From assembly GCA_965224705.1 (NCBI GenBank), contig OZ245056.1, positions 2,912,001 through 2,976,000 of the forward strand: a stretch of 64,000 nt of DNA. The letters are read 5' to 3'. The translations under genes and the position numbers were made by a program. Shown here in pieces: positions 59,463 through 64,000 of this stretch. This stretch comes from Spirochaetaceae bacterium. Lineage in GTDB: Bacteria; Spirochaetota; Spirochaetia; DSM-2461. Below the pieces are notes generated by a model. The model worked only from the letters and a program-made list of their open reading frames with translations, was not told where the DNA came from and made no database searches. The stretch's first letter is position 1. Each line of letters opens with the position of its first letter.

Positions 59463-60875
59463 CTAATAAAAGTAAAGATTGTCAATGAAATACTGGGTTT
59501 GTCGACTCACTGTACTTGCTTTACCATATGTAATAAATACTATCTGGATTAATTCTGAATAATCAGCAGGACCTAAAGCTCCAGGAGCTGTAGGGATGTC
59601 CGCCAAAGCCAAATCAATGGAAATCCATGTATCATATCCACCATTTTTTTCAATAAAATAATTATCTAACATGGAGGCATAACCAGCACCACCTCCTGGA
59701 CTTATTAGCTTCATTTTAAATATCTCCACGTCACCTTGTACAAATATATCAAAATGAATACGAGCTTTACCAGAAACATCAGTGCCTGTTGGGACATAAG
59801 ACTCATCATCAGGATTAGGATTTGTATACAACTCAATTCCTGCTGTAGGGCCTCCGTGACCAAGCGCAATTTTATATTTCATTGCTTTATTTCCAGAAAT
59901 TATTTCAACTTCTTCTTTGCTTACATCTTCGGTAGACCATTCAGCCAGAAAATTCACATCAGCAACATCAGGGTCTTTGCCATCACTATAAATAACAATT
60001 GCTGAATTCATATCCTCGGCAGGGGTAGGAGCTGCTGTAGGAGGATTTCCTAGTAGAGCTACAATCTTTACGGTTCTGGTGATTTCGGCAGCAGCATTTC
60101 CATCAGAATCAGTAAAATTATAGGTGAGGGTATATACTGTTTCAGCAGAAGCATTAACATCAACATCTCCAGCATTGTCACTGAAGATAGTTTCAGATTT
60201 ATCTTTATCATCCACCATTGCAGCCCCTTGATCAGTAAAAACTGAACCTTGCACCACTTCCATGGAACTTGTTCCTATTAAAGAGAGGATTGGTCCTTTG
60301 ATAATATCCTTTTCAAATTGTGCAGTTGCCGCTTCTAAATCTTTAATTGCCTGAGCGATTGTTTCCTCTGTTTTATTTAGATCGTTACTGGCATTTCGCG
60401 CGCTATCTATTGCAACCTGGTATGTAGCAAAATCCTCAGATGAAACCATTCCAATATGTATTCCAATACCAGTTCTACCAGCTCTAAATGCTGCAGCCTC
60501 AATATCACTGTCTAATTCAGAAGTATCAACTGTATTACTATCAGCAATAATGGCCTCCTTAAATGCTTTCTCAGCAACTAACAAATCAGCATACGCTTTA
60601 TTTAACGCATCCTGAGTACTATCTGGGTTATCTCTTACAGTTTCAGCCTTACCTATTGCGTCACTAAAGGCACTAGAAGTTTCCGCTGAGACCTGCCCTG
60701 CTGCGGTTCCTACTGCAGTGTTTTCTTTTAAGAAAGCTGCAGCCTCAATTGCACCCTTCAATTGAGCAGCATCAATGTCTTCAACATCTGTACCTGCTGG
60801 ATCTTCACAAGACACCAGGAGAGCAAAAAATGCGAATGAAAGAAGCAATAGAAGCTTTGTAGTATTTTTTTTCAT
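59463..60875 (-). CDS. Lipoprotein with FIVAR-like helical repeats, an Ig-like domain and a probable carbohydrate-binding C-terminal domain
   Basis: LLVSC lipobox; two helical repeats; F.DQGA...YTLTYN.TD.DGNAA..ITRTV; PTAAPTP; YFIDNLYF. Confidence 0.7.
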   Translation of the reverse strand: MKKNTTKLLLLLSFAFFALLVSCEDPAGTDVEDIDAAQLKGAIEAAAFLKENTAVGTAAGQVSAETSSAFSDAIGKAETVRDNPDSTQDALNKAYADLLVAEKAFKEAIIADSNTVDTSELDSDIEAAAFRAGRTGIGIHIGMVSSEDFATYQVAIDSARNASNDLNKTEETIAQAIKDLEAATAQFEKDIIKGPILSLIGTSSMEVVQGSVFTDQGAAMVDDKDKSETIFSDNAGDVDVNASAETVYTLTYNFTDSDGNAAAEITRTVKIVALLGNPPTAAPTPAEDMNSAIVIYSDGKDPDVADVNFLAEWSTEDVSKEEVEIISGNKAMKYKIALGHGGPTAGIELYTNPNPDDESYVPTGTDVSGKARIHFDIFVQGDVEIFKMKLISPGGGAGYASMLDNYFIEKNGGYDTWISIDLALADIPTAPGALGPADYSELIQIVFITYGKASTVSRQTQYFIDNLYFY

Positions 60876-60941
60876 TTTCCCTACCTTTGTTAAGTTATCC
60901 CTTTCAACTTACACAAGAAAACCAGACAGGGACTCAAGGAA

Positions 60942-60971
60942 AGTATACGTATACATATAAATCGTTGTCAA
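60942..60971 (-). promoter_or_regulatory. Sigma70 promoter with the palindrome GTATACGTATAC over the -10
   Basis: TTGACA-18-TATACT; same motif at 62483-62511. Confidence 0.75.
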
Positions 60972-61048
60972 TAGAAAAAAGCCGCCTTTTATGTGCATAC
61001 CATTATTTCACATACAAAAAGAGGCTTAAATCCTTTGTCTAAAGTTAA

Positions 61049-62431
61049 TTATATTGAATTATCAATAAGTTCAATATTATCTAAAACAACAGAAGGTTTA
61101 TGCAACCCAACTAAGAAACTCACCATTCCATTATAGATAGTCTCCTTAGCTATAAAATCATACTCAAACGGCTCCATCCAACTCGTAATAATAATCTTCT
61201 CCTCCTTCAAATAGAAACCGCCTGAATAATTCCTTTCAGAAGGACCAACTTCTACATCAATTTCTCGAGCGCCTCCAATTGACTTGGCATCAAACTTTAA
61301 TGTGTATTCATGATCTTTAAAAAGGGTTAAGCCTATCTGTCTAACATAAGGATTCCAAACTTCTGCAGGAGTGAGTAATTTACAAACATATTTCCCATCT
61401 ACAACATCATAACTGGAACGGGTCTCATCCCATCCTCCAGGCCAGCCAAATTCCCAATTAAAACCTGTTGTTTGCCAAAATTCGGCTGTTTTGTCAAACG
61501 TTCCATTACGGAGATTTACAATTGGTCTCGCTGGCGGATTAACTGGGTCCTTTTTAAAAACTCTAACCCAATCGACATACATATGCACATCCTGAGTCAA
61601 TGTTGGATCTCCTGGCCACTCACCGCCACAGGCAATATTGAACAATAAAAAGAAGTTTTCATGAAATTCACTCTTATTTTTATCTTCAATTGATGCAATA
61701 AAAAAGATTTTCCCATCGAGTGATACTGTTATATACTCCTCATCCCAAGTCATCTCGTAAAGATGATACTCATCTCCCCAAATCACATCCTCTAAAACCA
61801 ACATTGAGTTTTCATATTTCCTTCCAACATGTTGATTGGACGTATCTGGTCCTGGAGGGACACACCAATGGATAGTGGAAAAAGCTTCTTTTTCTCTATT
61901 TTTCTCTGAAACTGGGTCTGTACCACCTATAACTTCCATAATATCTATTTCTCCACTCTCTGGCCAGGGAATATTTCCCCCGTATTCATCAATAGATGAA
62001 CCAAGCATCCAGAACGCAGGCCAAACACCTTGCTCCATATAGTCGATCCGGATTCTTGCCTGCACTTTACCATAAGTGAAATCAAATTTTCCCGCAGAAT
62101 TTATTCTTGCAGAAGTATAATTTCCTTCTTCGACAGTTGGCCCATCATATGATAGTTTAAGAACCATATTTCCATCTTTTTCCCAGGAATGTGATGAGTC
62201 ACTTGTGTATCTCTGCCACTCTTTATTGACAGTGCCAGGCTCCATCGCTTCTCTTGTCCACTTTGCCGTGTCAAATACTCCGTCATTAAATTCATCTGAC
62301 CAATGTAAATTCCATCCGGCCCCTGGAGCATCATTATCATCCAAAGGATCAATATTCACAGTAGGATCATCACAAGAAACCAATAACGCAATAATCATGA
62401 ATAAAGAAAAGGGCTTATGTACTTTTCCCAT
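61049..62431 (-). CDS. GH16 beta-1,3-glucanase lipoprotein with a C-terminal CBM4/9-like domain
   Basis: WSDEF, YTSARI, WPAFWMLG, GEIDIME (ExDxxE) and VDWVRV motifs; LLVSC lipobox. Confidence 0.9.
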   Translation of the reverse strand: MGKVHKPFSLFMIIALLVSCDDPTVNIDPLDDNDAPGAGWNLHWSDEFNDGVFDTAKWTREAMEPGTVNKEWQRYTSDSSHSWEKDGNMVLKLSYDGPTVEEGNYTSARINSAGKFDFTYGKVQARIRIDYMEQGVWPAFWMLGSSIDEYGGNIPWPESGEIDIMEVIGGTDPVSEKNREKEAFSTIHWCVPPGPDTSNQHVGRKYENSMLVLEDVIWGDEYHLYEMTWDEEYITVSLDGKIFFIASIEDKNKSEFHENFFLLFNIACGGEWPGDPTLTQDVHMYVDWVRVFKKDPVNPPARPIVNLRNGTFDKTAEFWQTTGFNWEFGWPGGWDETRSSYDVVDGKYVCKLLTPAEVWNPYVRQIGLTLFKDHEYTLKFDAKSIGGAREIDVEVGPSERNYSGGFYLKEEKIIITSWMEPFEYDFIAKETIYNGMVSFLVGLHKPSVVLDNIELIDNSI

Positions 62432-62482
62432 TTTCCATCCTTAACAAAATTTTCTTATTTTGAATTGAACACTCAATAAGAA

Positions 62483-62511
62483 AGTATACGTATACATTTT
62501 TTCATTGTCAA
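62483..62511 (-). promoter_or_regulatory. Sigma70 promoter with the palindrome GTATACGTATAC over the -10
   Basis: TTGACA-17-TATACT. Confidence 0.8.
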
Positions 62512-62775
62512 GATCCTTTAAATGACATTTTAACCCAATCTTAATCACTTTGAAGCCGCTGGCAGGACGCTTTTTTCCGGGATGCTTATTGCTCAACAGT
62601 CCGCAGATGCGCTCCCTGAGTTCCCTGCTTACGGATGATAGCGGATAGTTGGACATTGGCAATAGTATTGGAGTTTGAGAAATGTTCTACAGCAGGGCAA
62701 ATTGTGATATTCATTGGCGCAGCCTGTGTAACCTTTGAAAAGAAACTGAAAGAAGAAACTGGAGAAGCGTGAGAA

Positions 62776-63300
62776 CTATCTCATCTTTGCGAGCAGTTTT
62801 GCAGCCCGTTTGGCGACAGACTTCCGATGGTTGCTGCTCAACCGCTCCAGATTGGGTTTTAGCCAGGCGGCTAACGCTGGATCATCTTTCGACCAATCGC
62901 CCAAAACCTGCATGCTGTTGTTCAGCACAATCCAGTCGTTATGGGCGGCCAGGTTGTGCTGCATAATCGCTTGAGCTTTTTCTTTTTGTCCAGCCGACAT
63001 ACGGTTTTCAAGCAGGTCAAATAGATTGGCCAATGTCCATTGGGTAGAGGCCTGATCAATCTGAGAGATTTCATCGGTGAATCGATCTATGTAGGGGATC
63101 AGCCAATCGGGATGCTCTTTGCACACCCGTTTAATGCCGTTTGAGGTACGCAGACGCACAACTTCGTCGTTGCTGAAATAACATCGATAAAGATCTTCAA
63201 GCCGCTCAGGATTGGCCAGGACGATATCAACCACTTCCAGCGTTCGGCCCAGTGAATTTGGATGGCCCCCTGTTAACATCGATTCAAATGATTCTTCCAT
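62776..63300 (-). CDS. HEAT/ARM-like hypothetical protein
   Basis: Helical repeats (DEVVRLR, DWIVLNN, KSVAKRA); start uncertain. Confidence 0.65.
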   Translation of the reverse strand: MEESFESMLTGGHPNSLGRTLEVVDIVLANPERLEDLYRCYFSNDEVVRLRTSNGIKRVCKEHPDWLIPYIDRFTDEISQIDQASTQWTLANLFDLLENRMSAGQKEKAQAIMQHNLAAHNDWIVLNNSMQVLGDWSKDDPALAAWLKPNLERLSSNHRKSVAKRAAKLLAKMR

Positions 63301-63449
63301 AGCCCCAATCATAGACAGCCAGCTAATTTGTAACAACCAGGGCTTTTTCTTCATTTCTGAGCATTTCGCCCAAAATGCGGGTGCGGCCATGTACCCACGG
63401 GCAACCCTATAGAAGGTCATTTATCAGTTTATCTCAATGAATCTCGTTA

Positions 63450-64000
63450 CTAATCCCAATACAGCAGGATCTTCCCGGACTGACGGGAATGCATAATCTC
63501 AAAACCCCTTTGGAAGTCCTCCACCGGCATTCTGTGGGTGATAATCCGGGTAATATCCAGCCCCGAGCGGATCATGGCGGCCATTTTATACCAGGTTTCA
63601 AACATTTCCCGACCGTAAATTCCCTTGAGGAGGAGGCCCTTGAAAATGATCTGGCTCCAGTTCACCGAGGATTCTTCGGGAGGAATTCCCAATAGAGCAA
63701 CTTTTCCACCGTTGTTCATTTTCTCAAAGAGCTGGTGCTGGGCCAGAGCGTTTCCCGACATTTCCATTCCCACATCGAAGCCCTCCAGCATGTGGAGTTC
63801 CGTCATAATGTCTTCCAGCTTGTCATTTTTAATGTTCACCGCTCGGGTTACCCCCATCTGCCGGGCCAGGTTAAGTCGGTATTCGTTTTCGTCCGTTATG
63901 ATTACATAGCGGGCTCCCGCATGTTTGGCTACCGCCCCGGCCATGATGCCTATGGGCCCCGCGCCGGTTATTAGAACATCCTCGCCCACCAGATCAAAGG
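63450..64000 (-). CDS. tdh: L-threonine 3-dehydrogenase, 3' part (runs off the window)
   Basis: [39 protein letters not shown]. Confidence 0.92.
   Translation of the reverse strand, partial: FDLVGEDVLITGAGPIGIMAGAVAKHAGARYVIITDENEYRLNLARQMGVTRAVNIKNDKLEDIMTELHMLEGFDVGMEMSGNALAQHQLFEKMNNGGKVALLGIPPEESSVNWSQIIFKGLLLKGIYGREMFETWYKMAAMIRSGLDITRIITHRMPVEDFQRGFEIMHSRQSGKILLYWD

Overview
This is a heavily rearranged accessory region. The host is probably a free-living spirochaete, inferred from signal peptides of the LFAGGQSE / AFANGVKEE / LFASGDDD type. From left to right: (1) 1-9.9 kb is a minus-strand array of orphan RHS toxin-tip/immunity modules built from repeated, internally deleted RHS-core pieces. 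(2) 10-33 kb is a mosaic of metabolic units (M19 dipeptidase, PotABCD-like ABC transporter with an amidohydrolase, AAA-PD-(D/E)XK protein, aldo-keto reductase, yefM-yoeB, xylA, GDPD, sugar ABC transporter with a stand-alone PIG-L deacetylase) separated by IS debris. (3) 34-51 kb holds a TRAP / Zn-dehydrogenase / split-transketolase / 2-hydroxyacid dehydrogenase / GntR operon present as two copies that have lost complementary genes. (4) 51.8-56.3 kb is a low-GC island. A XerC/D-like tyrosine recombinase there ends inside a dif-like site that recurs, inverted, 3.4 kb away, and each copy carries the RBS and start codon of a cargo gene (ATP-grasp ligase; STAND-like ATPase-TPR). This candidate inversion or gene-cassette switch is the most striking signal in the window. 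(5) 59-64 kb holds two co-regulated beta-glucan lipoproteins (GH16) and the 3' part of tdh. The ISL3 and IS256 look intact. IS3, IS630, IS1380, IS1182 and several MITE families are remnants. No rRNA, tRNA or CRISPR array was seen. All calls come from reading motifs by eye; no searches were run.
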